From: a virus
Length of the DNA stretch: 64,000 bases
Direction: 5' to 3' (one strand)
Virus record (IMG/VR): IMGVR_UViG_3300013125_000002
The position numbers and the translations under genes are program-made. The notes beneath the pieces are model-generated. The model worked only from the letters and a program-made list of their open reading frames with translations. It had not been told where the DNA came from and ran no database searches. Shown here piece by piece: positions 31,069 through 40,537 of the stretch (position 1 is its first letter; each line of letters begins with the position of its first letter).

Positions 31069-32905
31069 CGGTCTTACTCCGCTGCTGGTCGATGAAGTCG
31101 TCAAATGTGACGACGATCTCCCTCATGGACTTGTTGAAGTTCGCAGCATACTGCGGAGTCTCCGACTGCCCTGGAACTGGAGTGGCTCCTGGTGGAAGAC
31201 TTTGTTGACCAGGCACACCACCAACCTGCTGCTCTGCACCCTCAGGCAGCTGCCCTTGGGCTCCCGCCATCTGCTGTTGCTGTGCATCTTGCTGTTGCAT
31301 CTGTTGCTGCTGCATTGCCATCTGCTGCTGTTGTTGCTGTTGCTGGGCAAATAGCTGTAGCAGCTGCACGTAGGTCGGGTTGATCGGGACATCACCAAGA
31401 GGAATGTCAGGGAGATCAAGCGAGCGTCGCGCTTCATTGAGAGTCATGTAGCTCGCGATCTGCTCCTTGAGCATCTCATGCTTTTCCTGCTCCGAAAGCT
31501 CATCGAGGCCTACGAACTCAAACACGAAGTGGTCATCGATCTTGTCAATGACATGACGATTGATCATCTTCGCAATGAAGCGAAGCAGTGGCTTGAGGCC
31601 ACGATCACGAGAAGCCTTGAGCTTCCACTCCTGCGACGACTCAAAGAGCGGGGTCTGTTGCACACCACCATGAAGATCGAAGTTGATTTCAGCAGGGTCG
31701 ATCAGAAAGACACCACAGGTGATCTTGATCAAATACTCGATCCAAGAATTGAACTCCATGTCCTTGTTGGTCATCTGGAGCCCAATCCACTCGATACCCT
31801 CTGACTGAGTGATCGGTGTCTTCCATGCGTTCTCTACACCCGAGACTGAAGCAACCCACTGGCGACGAAACGCCTCCAGCTGATCTGGGGTCCAGTTGTC
31901 ACCCTTGAAGTTCAGGATGCCTTTTGGATGTGAACCCTGTGTGAAGTATCGCTTGTTGTACTCCTCCGCAAAGAGAAGAGAAGTCACAATGGTGATGAGC
32001 TGTTCGATCTCACCAAATCCATAACCCTGGATGTAGATGTCCGTGCGCGGATTCCGAATGCCGAAAGTTAGCTCGTCCAGGCTGTAGACATTCTCGATCT
32101 GCCCATTGATGATCTGAACGTACTGGACATCCTTGTCGGTCAGAGGATCTCTCGACCCATACTGCTGTCCAGCGTAGAGACCAGCAAATCGCCCAGTCAG
32201 TGGTGCCACAGGATTGCGAACGTGATAGCTGAACCCCACACCAGCATCACGGTCTGTTGAGGCCAGTCGGATGGTCGAGGCATCAACCGCCAGAAACTCA
32301 AACGGGATGCCGTTATTTCTAGGGACTACCTCGAACGTCACTTGATCATAGTAGAGAGTATCTCTAACGATCTTCTTGAGAAACGCTTCGAAGTCGTCTC
32401 GAGGACCACGACTGTACGGGTTCTGGCGGCCAGGCTCACCACAATCGAGGACAAATGCCTCCAACTGCTTGATGAACTGACGCTCAGCTTCTGTCGTCAT
32501 GTGCTCAGGGTCTTTGTGCTTGATGATGAACCCAAGAGACTTGGTAGTCCGATAGGGCTGAGAGAACGAAGCAACCTGAGCAATTCGCGTATTGACGATT
32601 GCGGCAACGATGGAGAGCTGGTTTGCCACCCGCTTCAGCACATCATAAGTCAACGAGTAGCGACGATCCTTGTACCCCATTGCATACTGAAGAGACAAAG
32701 GATCGAAGAACGCTGACTTGGGGCCACGTTGAGGCTTGCCAGGTGCTACTGCTAGTGCCTTCTGCATAGCTCTAGGATCACCCTTAGCTATGGCCGGAAT
32801 ATGGGCCGTCAGCTCCTTGAGCCTCTGCACCTCTTCGTAGATCGCATCTGGTGACATCGAGATCGACTTCTGGATGTCAGTGTAGTCCACTGCAGGAGCT
32901 GCCAC
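31040..32905 (-). CDS. Portal protein (Herelleviridae-like)
   Basis: FLKKIVRDTLYYDQVTFE, AVDASTIR, IRNPRTD, YFTQG..PKGIL, SRDRGLKPLL, MTLNEAR. Confidence 0.9.
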   Translation of the reverse strand: MAAPAVDYTDIQKSISMSPDAIYEEVQRLKELTAHIPAIAKGDPRAMQKALAVAPGKPQRGPKSAFFDPLSLQYAMGYKDRRYSLTYDVLKRVANQLSIVAAIVNTRIAQVASFSQPYRTTKSLGFIIKHKDPEHMTTEAERQFIKQLEAFVLDCGEPGRQNPYSRGPRDDFEAFLKKIVRDTLYYDQVTFEVVPRNNGIPFEFLAVDASTIRLASTDRDAGVGFSYHVRNPVAPLTGRFAGLYAGQQYGSRDPLTDKDVQYVQIINGQIENVYSLDELTFGIRNPRTDIYIQGYGFGEIEQLITIVTSLLFAEEYNKRYFTQGSHPKGILNFKGDNWTPDQLEAFRRQWVASVSGVENAWKTPITQSEGIEWIGLQMTNKDMEFNSWIEYLIKITCGVFLIDPAEINFDLHGGVQQTPLFESSQEWKLKASRDRGLKPLLRFIAKMINRHVIDKIDDHFVFEFVGLDELSEQEKHEMLKEQIASYMTLNEARRSLDLPDIPLGDVPINPTYVQLLQLFAQQQQQQQQMAMQQQQMQQQDAQQQQMAGAQGQLPEGAEQQVGGVPGQQSLPPGATPVPGQSETPQYAANFNKSMREIVVTFDDFIDQQRSKTDAKAANSPR

Positions 32906-32908
32906 GTG

Positions 32909-34000
32909 CTACCTCCGATTCAAACTGAAGAGAGACTTGCGGATCGTCCCCTGCAGCCAACGATTGAACTCAGCTCTCATCCAAGGAGTGATCTGGACCT
33001 GGCCTGTTTCAACTTCCTCAGGTGAATAACCTTGTGTGAGAAGCCACTCCTTCTCACGCGGAGGAATCAAAGGCCCTTGTGCGAATCTAGGAGCCCCAGA
33101 GAAGCTCTTGATAGCATCCTGAGTCGGGTTCTTAGGCCCAGCGGAAGCTTGCTCTTCCTCGTGTTCAGAGGGTGTTCCTGCCGCCTGAAATGGGGTCTGT
33201 GGATTTGCCCAAACCTTCTGGACTGGACTCTGCTCGTCGCTATCGTCTTGACCACCGCCATCGCTCTGAGCAGAGTCCTGGGGCTCATCTTTGACACCTG
33301 GGACCGTCCCATGCCAATCCCGACCTTGGTCTGGGAGGTCCGGTGTATCACCCCCCGTGATGCCCTGTGCCTGACGTTCAAAGCTGTTGTCGTACTGTCG
33401 TTTGGCCTGTTCTGCAGAGGGGAACGTCGAACGGCCAGCCGACTCAACAGCTGCCCCAGCCTTGATCAAAGACGAATCGTCGAGCAATCGCCATAGATCA
33501 TCCACATGGTGCTGCTCGTCTTCGATATTTGACTCAATGATCTGGCGAGTTCCTTCGTTCTCCCCACACAAGACAAGCACTTCACGGTAAAGCTGAATGC
33601 CCTTCTGCTCTCGGTAGAGAAGTTCTTTCAGAATCTCTTCAGTGTCATGAAGTGTTACTGGACTTTCGATCTCTGTAGATGGGGATGCACCGAGAGCAAC
33701 TACTCTTGAGGCAACACGCTCAGCATGCCTTAGTTCATCGTCTCCATGTGACTTGAACTCTTCTGCGAGCACATCACGGGAATGACCACGAAGAACCAAG
33801 GCATAATGATGGTACCGAAGCCATTGGCTGTATTCAGCACTGACGATTCGATTGAGCTGCTTGATCATCTCAGATAAAGCAGCTGGCTTGAATTGACCCT
33901 CAAGCCTACCGGTTGTGTCCGGTTCTGTCTTCTGCAATGCCTGAGCTGCCTCATCTGGGAACTGGACACTCTTACTCAAGTAGAGTCTCATCGTCATCAC
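32909..34000 (-). CDS. Ferritin/bacterioferritin-like domain protein with disordered C-terminal half
   Basis: AEY..Y..Y, DELRHAERV, EQKGIQLY, EDEQHH di-iron carboxylate pattern. Confidence 0.75.
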   Translation of the reverse strand: MMTMRLYLSKSVQFPDEAAQALQKTEPDTTGRLEGQFKPAALSEMIKQLNRIVSAEYSQWLRYHHYALVLRGHSRDVLAEEFKSHGDDELRHAERVASRVVALGASPSTEIESPVTLHDTEEILKELLYREQKGIQLYREVLVLCGENEGTRQIIESNIEDEQHHVDDLWRLLDDSSLIKAGAAVESAGRSTFPSAEQAKRQYDNSFERQAQGITGGDTPDLPDQGRDWHGTVPGVKDEPQDSAQSDGGGQDDSDEQSPVQKVWANPQTPFQAAGTPSEHEEEQASAGPKNPTQDAIKSFSGAPRFAQGPLIPPREKEWLLTQGYSPEEVETGQVQITPWMRAEFNRWLQGTIRKSLFSLNRR

Positions 34001-35079
34001 CTTCTGATCCCAGGACGGACCATCGCTGATGCGATGCTGACTGCTTCGAGTGATTTCTGTGTTACAACACCACCGCCCTCACCAAGCTGACGATTGACGA
34101 TCTGCTGTCTCTGGATCTGTCCCTCTCGACCCGACCTGGCGCCCTCGACATGTGAAGCTGTGTGGCGGTTAAGAAGTCCGTGAGCAGCTCCTACTGCTCT
34201 GCCCGCCACCATGTTGAGAGCGGTCGTACCCCCGCCAGGAGTGTTGGCACTTGACCCCAACACATGCCCTGTGTTGTAGGCACCTAGAACATTGATGCCT
34301 CTGCGGGTGCCACTACTTCTGTCAGGTGCTGCGGGAGACAACTCCGGAGTCTTCTTGGTTGGTTTTGATCCTCCATCATCAGAACCACCAGAAGGCTTTG
34401 ATGCACCCGTTGATTCGTGGCCTGGAACCTTTGGAGCAACCATGGCAGTGGGGGTGGCCAAAGCTGCTTGGGGTTTGGATGCTTGTCTTGAAGCTTGGGC
34501 ATAACCCTGTCTGGCTCTGAAAGCATCCGCCTGCTGCTTGAACTGAACTCGACGCTCATCAAGCTTCATTAGCGCCGGAGTCTGTTGGGTCTGTTCTTTA
34601 CTACGAACTGACGAAGTTGAGGTTACAGGAGTGATCTTTGAGGGCTCTTCTGGCTTCTTGAGTTCAACTCGACCTCGAAACCCCGATGGCATCTCTGGAG
34701 TTTGCTGAGACGAAACATGCTGACCAGTTGGGCTTACTAAAGCATGTTCCGGTGAGACGACCTTTGGGGGTGTCTGGCTGGGTTTCATCTCATGAACTGA
34801 TTGTCCAGAAGGTGTGACAAGACTGCGAGCTGGTGAGACGACCTTATTCTTGGGCTGAGTCACATGACCAGCGGCACTTACCAACGGCCCTGTTGGCTTC
34901 TTTGGTTCGTTGGGACTAGAAATCAGTCCTGCCTTGATCAGAACAGCCTTCAGAAGTCCGTCGAAGTAAGACCAGGCAGGCTTCTTCTCTTGAGGATGTT
35001 TGGCTCGCTCCGACTGAAGAGACTTCTCGAGTCTCCCATCAGCTGCCGGCAATGCAATGTAGAGCACCGGGAGACTCAT
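33997..35079 (-). CDS. Low-complexity hypothetical protein
   Basis: 360 aa, ATGA overlap with next gene. Confidence 0.55.
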   Translation of the reverse strand: MSLPVLYIALPAADGRLEKSLQSERAKHPQEKKPAWSYFDGLLKAVLIKAGLISSPNEPKKPTGPLVSAAGHVTQPKNKVVSPARSLVTPSGQSVHEMKPSQTPPKVVSPEHALVSPTGQHVSSQQTPEMPSGFRGRVELKKPEEPSKITPVTSTSSVRSKEQTQQTPALMKLDERRVQFKQQADAFRARQGYAQASRQASKPQAALATPTAMVAPKVPGHESTGASKPSGGSDDGGSKPTKKTPELSPAAPDRSSGTRRGINVLGAYNTGHVLGSSANTPGGGTTALNMVAGRAVGAAHGLLNRHTASHVEGARSGREGQIQRQQIVNRQLGEGGGVVTQKSLEAVSIASAMVRPGIRR

Positions 35080-35088
35080 GAACTTCTC

Positions 35089-35790
35089 CTAGTCTTCAGC
35101 GAAGCCGCCTGCCCCTACAGGCTTGGGGTTGATCCCCGTGACTTGCTGACCTGCTAAGGGAGCCCGTTTCTGTGCAGCAACCCGCCGAACTTTGACCTCT
35201 TCCTTGGCGGAGCTGAGAGCAGTAGCTTGAGCAACCGCTTTCGAAACAGGTCGGCGAGTGACAGAAGGTGCAGCAGGAGCAGGGGCCACAGCCTGTTGAA
35301 TGGTGTTGGTGTGCCCCAACGAGAGCTTCTCGATCTTCGAGAAGTAGTCAGGTCCTTGACAGATGATCAGCTCTGTGTCTTCTGTCCCTGACGAAGCCAG
35401 CTCGTAGACCGCTCCTCGTGGGAGGACGACACTCTGGTGAACTCCTACCTCCTCAGGTGTCTTTCCATCAACAGCAACGAAAAGTCGTCCCGAAAGGACC
35501 CTGACCACACGGTCTTGATCCTTGTTGGTGATCTTTCCAGTGTTGTTTTTGGCACAGAGGTAGTAGTAGAGAACTTCGAAATCTGGACCCTCGAAGATGG
35601 TGATCTTCCACCCATTCTCCGTCGGTGTCCGTCGGGACATGTCAGCTAGCTGGACGGAGTGTGGACCCTGACGATTCATGATCTCACTATGTCTACGCCC
35701 AGCGCGAGGATCGATTTGCCGACGGGGTCTAGCTTGCTTGGCCGCCGCCCGCATGGGATTAAACGACATCATAGTCTCCTGTAGGTCCAT
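35089..35790 (-). CDS. Cupin-like beta-barrel protein
   Basis: VLSGRL..V...SVVLPRG..Y pattern. Confidence 0.55.
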   Translation of the reverse strand: MDLQETMMSFNPMRAAAKQARPRRQIDPRAGRRHSEIMNRQGPHSVQLADMSRRTPTENGWKITIFEGPDFEVLYYYLCAKNNTGKITNKDQDRVVRVLSGRLFVAVDGKTPEEVGVHQSVVLPRGAVYELASSGTEDTELIICQGPDYFSKIEKLSLGHTNTIQQAVAPAPAAPSVTRRPVSKAVAQATALSSAKEEVKVRRVAAQKRAPLAGQQVTGINPKPVGAGGFAED

Positions 35791-35863
35791 CAGTCGATCA
35801 CAATCTGGTTCTAGGATTGCAGGGACCCTCTAACTTGTCAACGATGTTGAAGAATCGGAAGAA

Positions 35864-36700
35864 CTAGAGAGTTTCGGGGGCGAGCTTGGTCTCGATATAG
35901 GCGACGGGATCGAGACCTGCTTCACGGATGGCACGCTGACGACGTTCCTGGAGCTTATCGATACGTTTCATAGCAACGTGCTTACAGTGTCGAGCGGGGT
36001 GGGACTTGCGGATGAGGTCCTTCTCAGTAGCTTCCTGCTCTGCAAGATACTGCTGGATCTGTTCTCGCTTCTGGGTCAAGGGACCGTCAGCAAACTGCTG
36101 ACGCTCAAGCACCAAAGCTTGGCCTTTTTGCCGCAGCTTCTCGATATTCTCGCTGAGAACTGCGATCTCATCCTCGACCTGCTTCGACCGAACCACATAC
36201 TCCTGCTCAGTCTGAATCATCTGGTCCAGTGCAACGCGACTCTGCGCCAACGCCTCAGCCAATTCCGTCAGCTTCTGGTGATGAGGCAGACCAGCAATGT
36301 CAGCATCAGCCTTGGCGATGATGATCTTTTGGTCATCGATGTTGTCCTCGATCACCGTCAGTCGACCATCAAGCCATCTTTGGATGCGCTCCTGACTCTG
36401 GTCCGGTTGAGTATCCGAAGCTGGCTCCTTGCCTTCCTTAGCCAGCATCTCCGCCTTGACGATCTCTGCAGTCTTGGCTACCCACGCGCGATAGTTCTTT
36501 CGAGCACAGCTGCAGAGAAGCTCCTGCTTGACCGTGTTGTTGCCCTTGACAGTCACCGTCTGCTGGCCGACGACACCACGCCCGTTGCAGTCCTTGCACC
36601 CTGGTTTTGCCCAGTCCACTGGCTTCGAAGAGGGCTTCCTCTTCTCCACCTCAACCATGATGGGTTCCGGAATGTCGCCTTGTACTCTGATCTTTGCCAT
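35864..36700 (-). CDS. Zinc-finger plus coiled-coil protein
   Basis: CKDCNGRG..CSC, long heptad region. Confidence 0.6.
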   Translation of the reverse strand: MAKIRVQGDIPEPIMVEVEKRKPSSKPVDWAKPGCKDCNGRGVVGQQTVTVKGNNTVKQELLCSCARKNYRAWVAKTAEIVKAEMLAKEGKEPASDTQPDQSQERIQRWLDGRLTVIEDNIDDQKIIIAKADADIAGLPHHQKLTELAEALAQSRVALDQMIQTEQEYVVRSKQVEDEIAVLSENIEKLRQKGQALVLERQQFADGPLTQKREQIQQYLAEQEATEKDLIRKSHPARHCKHVAMKRIDKLQERRQRAIREAGLDPVAYIETKLAPETL

Positions 36701-36738
36701 GGTTTCCTCTCCAGCAGTAGGTGTGTGCCAACAAGTGG

Positions 36739-36972
36739 CTAGTGGCTAGGTCTCCGAGACCTTAACTTCCGTAGTTGTCTGATCTCCAAGAATGAGGGCT
36801 GCTGTGCCTCTCTTTGGCGGGCAAGAGCACGCTGAGCTTCACGAGTTGCTGTCTCTTGAGCTTGAGAGCCTGAGCAAGTGCAGGGCTGCACTACTCCAGC
36901 TTCTTCGTAGTAGACAGCCCCGCAAAAGGTACACCTAAAGCTCAGCCCAGATGATGGATTTAATACTGACAA
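36739..36972 (-). CDS. Small zinc-binding hypothetical protein
   Basis: CTFCG..CTC; GAGGGG RBS. Confidence 0.5.
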   Translation of the reverse strand: MSVLNPSSGLSFRCTFCGAVYYEEAGVVQPCTCSGSQAQETATREAQRALARQREAQQPSFLEIRQLRKLRSRRPSH

Positions 36973-37000
36973 CCGATCCCCTCGTGCCCAAAGATGGATC

Positions 37001-37030
37001 AGGGTAGGCTGGTTCTAGGTAGGTTGTCAA
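37001..37030 (-). promoter_or_regulatory. Sigma70-type promoter
   Basis: TTGACA-18 nt-TACCCT with CTAGAACCAG in the spacer. Confidence 0.45.
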
Positions 37031-37311
37031 GCCCGACTGAATGACTGACCGATGCCTTGACCTTCAAGGATTTCAGCAGCCCAGTGCCCAGGCCAATCAT
37101 GTCGATCTCGAATGAGCCCATTGGGGATCTTCTCGAACAACATGAGACTCGCCTCGATCTTGTCAGAGGGACTCGGTTCCTCTGTGTGAGCACAGCCAGC
37201 TGCAACGAAAGTCCCATCCCCAAGCTGCAGCAGGGCCACCTTCCCCTTACTGGCTTTCACTTTCCCTTCGGAGATCATCTGACACAGTGGACAATCTAGC
37301 ATGTGGATCAC
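37027..37311 (-). CDS. Hypothetical protein (possible degenerate HIT-like)
   Basis: DCPLC near N-terminus, PGHW near C-terminus. Confidence 0.45.
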   Translation of the reverse strand: MIHMLDCPLCQMISEGKVKASKGKVALLQLGDGTFVAAGCAHTEEPSPSDKIEASLMLFEKIPNGLIRDRHDWPGHWAAEILEGQGIGQSFSRA

Positions 37312-37536
37312 CTAGTTCATCTGAGCAGGAAGCTGAGGAATCTTGAAGCTCACCTTACCGTTGTCATCAAACCAACCATAAGCCAGAAGCTGTCCGTCTT
37401 TGGTCCTGACCTCACCAGCCACGTCAGTTGACGTAGCCTCGACCTTCGCAGCAGTACGAAAAACACACTTTGCAGCGAGGAACAAAGCTTGGTTTCGTGC
37501 ATGCACCTGAGTGCGGTCTACTACTTCGATCTTCAT
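37312..37536 (-). CDS. Hypothetical protein
   Basis: 74 aa, tightly packed. Confidence 0.5.
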   Translation of the reverse strand: MKIEVVDRTQVHARNQALFLAAKCVFRTAAKVEATSTDVAGEVRTKDGQLLAYGWFDDNGKVSFKIPQLPAQMN

Positions 37537-37545
37537 GGATACCCC

Positions 37546-37770
37546 CTACTCAGACTGAAGTCTCTGGCTAGACTGATGTCTGATCTCTTTATGGAAGTAC
37601 TTCCCTATCGATTCCGCCGAAAGGAGCAGCGGATAGTGGCACGCCAATCCTGGATAGAGATAAGCAGACCCATTCTTGAACTGGACGATCAGGTCATCAT
37701 CTCGGGTACCGATGGCCAGAATGTGTGACGACTCGACCTCAGACCACTCGTTCGCTTCGAATGGGTTCAT
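37546..37770 (-). CDS. KTSC domain protein
   Basis: VESSHILAIG..LIVQFKNGSAYLY..LLSAESIGKYFHKEIR. Confidence 0.85.
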   Translation of the reverse strand: MNPFEANEWSEVESSHILAIGTRDDDLIVQFKNGSAYLYPGLACHYPLLLSAESIGKYFHKEIRHQSSQRLQSE

Positions 37771-37996
37771 TCCAGACTCGTTTATTGGTGCAGCTCTTAC
37801 AGAGCTTGGTGAGCTTCTCGCCATCCTTCTGCAGCCCGCAACCAACCTCGACCTCTTTACCACAATCCTCACAGAAGTGGCAATGACTTCTGATCTCAGA
37901 AGCTAGCTCCAGCAGTTCTGCCGAAAGCAAAGGAATGTGATTCTTGATTGCTTCTGAGATAGCTGTGATTTTCTGTGAGATTTCCAAAAGCTTCAT
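37739..37996 (-). CDS. Zinc-finger hypothetical protein
   Basis: CEDCG..CKSC. Confidence 0.5.
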   Translation of the reverse strand: MKLLEISQKITAISEAIKNHIPLLSAELLELASEIRSHCHFCEDCGKEVEVGCGLQKDGEKLTKLCKSCTNKRVWNEPIRSERVV

Positions 37997-38112
37997 TGGT
38001 CACCATGAGAAACCACCAGAAACCAAGAATAGTTTCTGGTGGTTCATCTGGAATTTGGGAAAAGGAAGAGGAAAAATGAGGCATCATCGGCCATGGTGTG
38101 CCTCCCCGTCCA

Positions 38113-38463
38113 TCACAGTTTGAGACCGCTAGGCGACTGGGCACGAGGGGGTGACGTGGGAGTCGCTGATTTCTCAAACTGTGATCTCAGAACCATCAAA
38201 CCATCCTCGGTTGCTGGGATGGTCATGATTCTGAGAGCCGAGAACCCCGCCAGATGATAGTTGCTACCATCCTGGGTTCTCGCCCCCGACACCCCACCAC
38301 GAGGGTGAGGATCGTGAGCAGTAGCGGCGGCTGGTACTGCCCCAGCAATCACTCGGTTATGAACCGAGCAGGTCTCTTTCTCCATCCCACCGCAACAGTT
38401 GTCACCAAAGATGATCTTCAATGACAACTCAAGCACCGTACTCCCCTCTACTCTGAGTGTCAA
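38113..38463 (-). CDS. Hypothetical protein
   Basis: 116 aa, start overlaps upstream stop. Confidence 0.4.
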   Translation of the reverse strand: MTLRVEGSTVLELSLKIIFGDNCCGGMEKETCSVHNRVIAGAVPAAATAHDPHPRGGVSGARTQDGSNYHLAGFSALRIMTIPATEDGLMVLRSQFEKSATPTSPPRAQSPSGLKL

Positions 38464-38699
38464 CCATCTTTTTGTGAGAGTTGCCGACCGTGAGAGAGCC
38501 CTTCAAGATACCATAGGAAATCACGACGGGGGACTGTCCCCTGACACTTCTTGCACTGATACCGTCGGTCTCGAATGGGCTGGCCAGGGGCAAGAGGTAG
38601 AGGAACAAACTCATGGGGAGCTTGACAGCCACGGAGTCTCTTTCGATTCTCCTCAGCTTCCTTGAAGACTGCTTTGATCCCGTCGAGTGTATCCGACAT
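38460..38699 (-). CDS. Small Cys/His zinc-binding protein
   Basis: C..PHEF..YQCKKCQG; GGAGG RBS. Confidence 0.55.
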   Translation of the reverse strand: MSDTLDGIKAVFKEAEENRKRLRGCQAPHEFVPLPLAPGQPIRDRRYQCKKCQGTVPRRDFLWYLEGLSHGRQLSQKDG

Positions 38700-38749
38700 G
38701 AGATTCCTCCCACTCACCAACCTACCCTCTGATCCCTCCTGTGGCAACT

Positions 38750-38929
38750 CTACTCCTCGAGATCTCGAGCCTTCAGTGTACCCCGCCCCTCATCGGCTTT
38801 GCAGGTCTGCACCGCCTTGATCACCATCTCACCAACCTTCTTGTTGAGTGCCTCGACGAACTCTGCTGAAGTCCGCAGCTGGGCAACCTTGACCAGCTCC
38901 TTCACCTTGCTGACAACAACCAGAATCAT
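38750..38929 (-). CDS. Bacterial-type histone-fold protein (Bd0055-like), 59 aa, absent from ORF track
   Basis: MILVVVSKVKELVKVAQLRTSAEFVEALNKKVGEMVIKAVQTCKADEGRGTLKARDLEE; AGGAGAG RBS; RxTLxxRD clamp. Confidence 0.85.
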   Translation of the reverse strand: MILVVVSKVKELVKVAQLRTSAEFVEALNKKVGEMVIKAVQTCKADEGRGTLKARDLEE

Positions 38930-38957
38930 GGAACTCTCCTTTGTGGGCTCCTACTTT

Positions 38958-38989
38958 TATAATACGAATGAAGGGGCTTTCAGAGACAC
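38958..38989 (-). promoter_or_regulatory. Phage-specific promoter motif copy 1
   Basis: GTGTC-N16-TTCGTATTATA, same spacing in three intergenic copies. Confidence 0.7.
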
Positions 38990-39059
38990 ATCGAGAGGCA
39001 CTTTTTACTGAAGCAACAGAGAGCGTGCGGTACCGCACGTTAAGGGGAGAGTTCTAGAA

Positions 39060-39767
39060 TCAGGCTGTACGTCGATGCAGGTCCAGGAAGAGGTCGGAAG
39101 GTTCGATGGACAGGATGCGTGCTGCCAGACCTTCCACAGCACTCCTACGCTGCTCTGGTGTGTCTCTATCGACATCCCAGGGCATATCAAGAATCGTGAC
39201 CCCCTGCTGACGCAGAACCGCCACCATGTGGTCAATCTCTCGGTCAAGCATCTTGAGGTACTCGAGGTCGATGCCCCTCTCACACTGCCGACCAGTCTGG
39301 TTCTCCATGCGCCTGCTGATACGACGATTGCAGGTTTCAGGATCAACAAGCACCCGCACGCAAACCGTTGGCAAAAGAACCGAAGCAGTCATGGCATGGT
39401 AGATCGACTGATAGGTTGCAAATTCTCGCTCTGACATGAGACCCATCGTCCGCTGTAGCCGTGCGAAGGCAGTGTCCCCGTAATAGCTGCGGTCCAGAAC
39501 AGCACAGCCCTTCATCTGCATCGCATGCCACTGAGCTAGCTGGTGCATCCGAAAGCGCAGACCAAGAAGATGAAGCTGCATGGTGAGAGACCAACGATTT
39601 GGGTCGCTGTAGTAGTCCGCGAGATAGGGGTTTGCTCCCGCCCTCTCATCAGGCTCTTTCAGAGTGAGGGTTGTCGGTCCTAAGGCAGCCCCTAGTTCAG
39701 CAGAGAGTGTTGACTTGCCCGCTCCGATCAAACCTTCTACAGCAATCACTGGCCGGCTGTCTCTCAT
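39060..39767 (-). CDS. Deoxynucleoside kinase
   Basis: IAVEGLIGAGKSTL P-loop, EP, LDRSYYGD, RISRR lid. Confidence 0.9.
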   Translation of the reverse strand: MRDSRPVIAVEGLIGAGKSTLSAELGAALGPTTLTLKEPDERAGANPYLADYYSDPNRWSLTMQLHLLGLRFRMHQLAQWHAMQMKGCAVLDRSYYGDTAFARLQRTMGLMSEREFATYQSIYHAMTASVLLPTVCVRVLVDPETCNRRISRRMENQTGRQCERGIDLEYLKMLDREIDHMVAVLRQQGVTILDMPWDVDRDTPEQRRSAVEGLAARILSIEPSDLFLDLHRRTA

Positions 39768-40075
39768 GGTGATCTCCTATTCTGACTCATCCATTTGATC
39801 AGCCCACCGTGTTGCATTATCCACAGACCCATTCGGCAGGGCTGACTCCCTCCATGTGACTGGTACTCACCGCACGGTGTCTCACCCCATGGAGTGACCC
39901 AGACGGAACTCCCGTCTTTGATCTTGGAATCTTGCCCATGAACAGAACAGATCGCTTGCAGTCCATCAAAGGTCAGGAACTTACACTGCTGAGGCGGGGC
40001 TTCACCGTGGAGGGAGCCATCTGGCAACACTACTGCCAAATAGGTGCAACACCATCCACAGCGAAGACACTTCAT
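39764..40075 (-). CDS. YkgJ/CxxCxxCC-family cysteine-cluster protein
   Basis: CLRCGWCC..CKFL..CSVH. Confidence 0.65.
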   Translation of the reverse strand: MKCLRCGWCCTYLAVVLPDGSLHGEAPPQQCKFLTFDGLQAICSVHGQDSKIKDGSSVWVTPWGETPCGEYQSHGGSQPCRMGLWIMQHGGLIKWMSQNRRSP

Positions 40076-40290
40076 TGTTCCTTCTTGAAAACCTTGCAAC
40101 GGAGAGCGAACGCCAACTCACCCTCATGAACACCGACCACCCTCACTACCGGAGTGCCAGGAAGTCTGATCTCGTATCCATCCTCATGAAGAACCTGGAC
40201 CAGAGCTTCAGCAATCTGCTGTGCCTGGGCTCGCTCTTCAGGTGTCACCGGAAGGGCCGGCTCTTTCTCTTCAGAATCACCAAGGGGCAT
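40072..40290 (-). CDS. Hypothetical protein
   Basis: 72 aa, GGAGG RBS. Confidence 0.5.
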   Translation of the reverse strand: MPLGDSEEKEPALPVTPEERAQAQQIAEALVQVLHEDGYEIRLPGTPVVRVVGVHEGELAFALRCKVFKKEQ

Positions 40291-40537
40291 AGCTTCCTCC
40301 TGCTAGGACAAATCCCAGCTGATGTGAATGGGAAGAACAGGGAGCACACAAATCCAAAGATCGAACTTCTGCAACTCAAGTCTAGTGAATGCACCAACCC
40401 ATAAGTCAGCTAGCTTCAGCTCCAAAGCTACCTGAAGACGACTAGTGATCTTCACACTACCCAGGGTGATCATCCACATTCCCCAGACGTGGGCTTCACC
40501 ATCCTCTACGGATTGGAAACGAAGTTCAAGAGGATTC

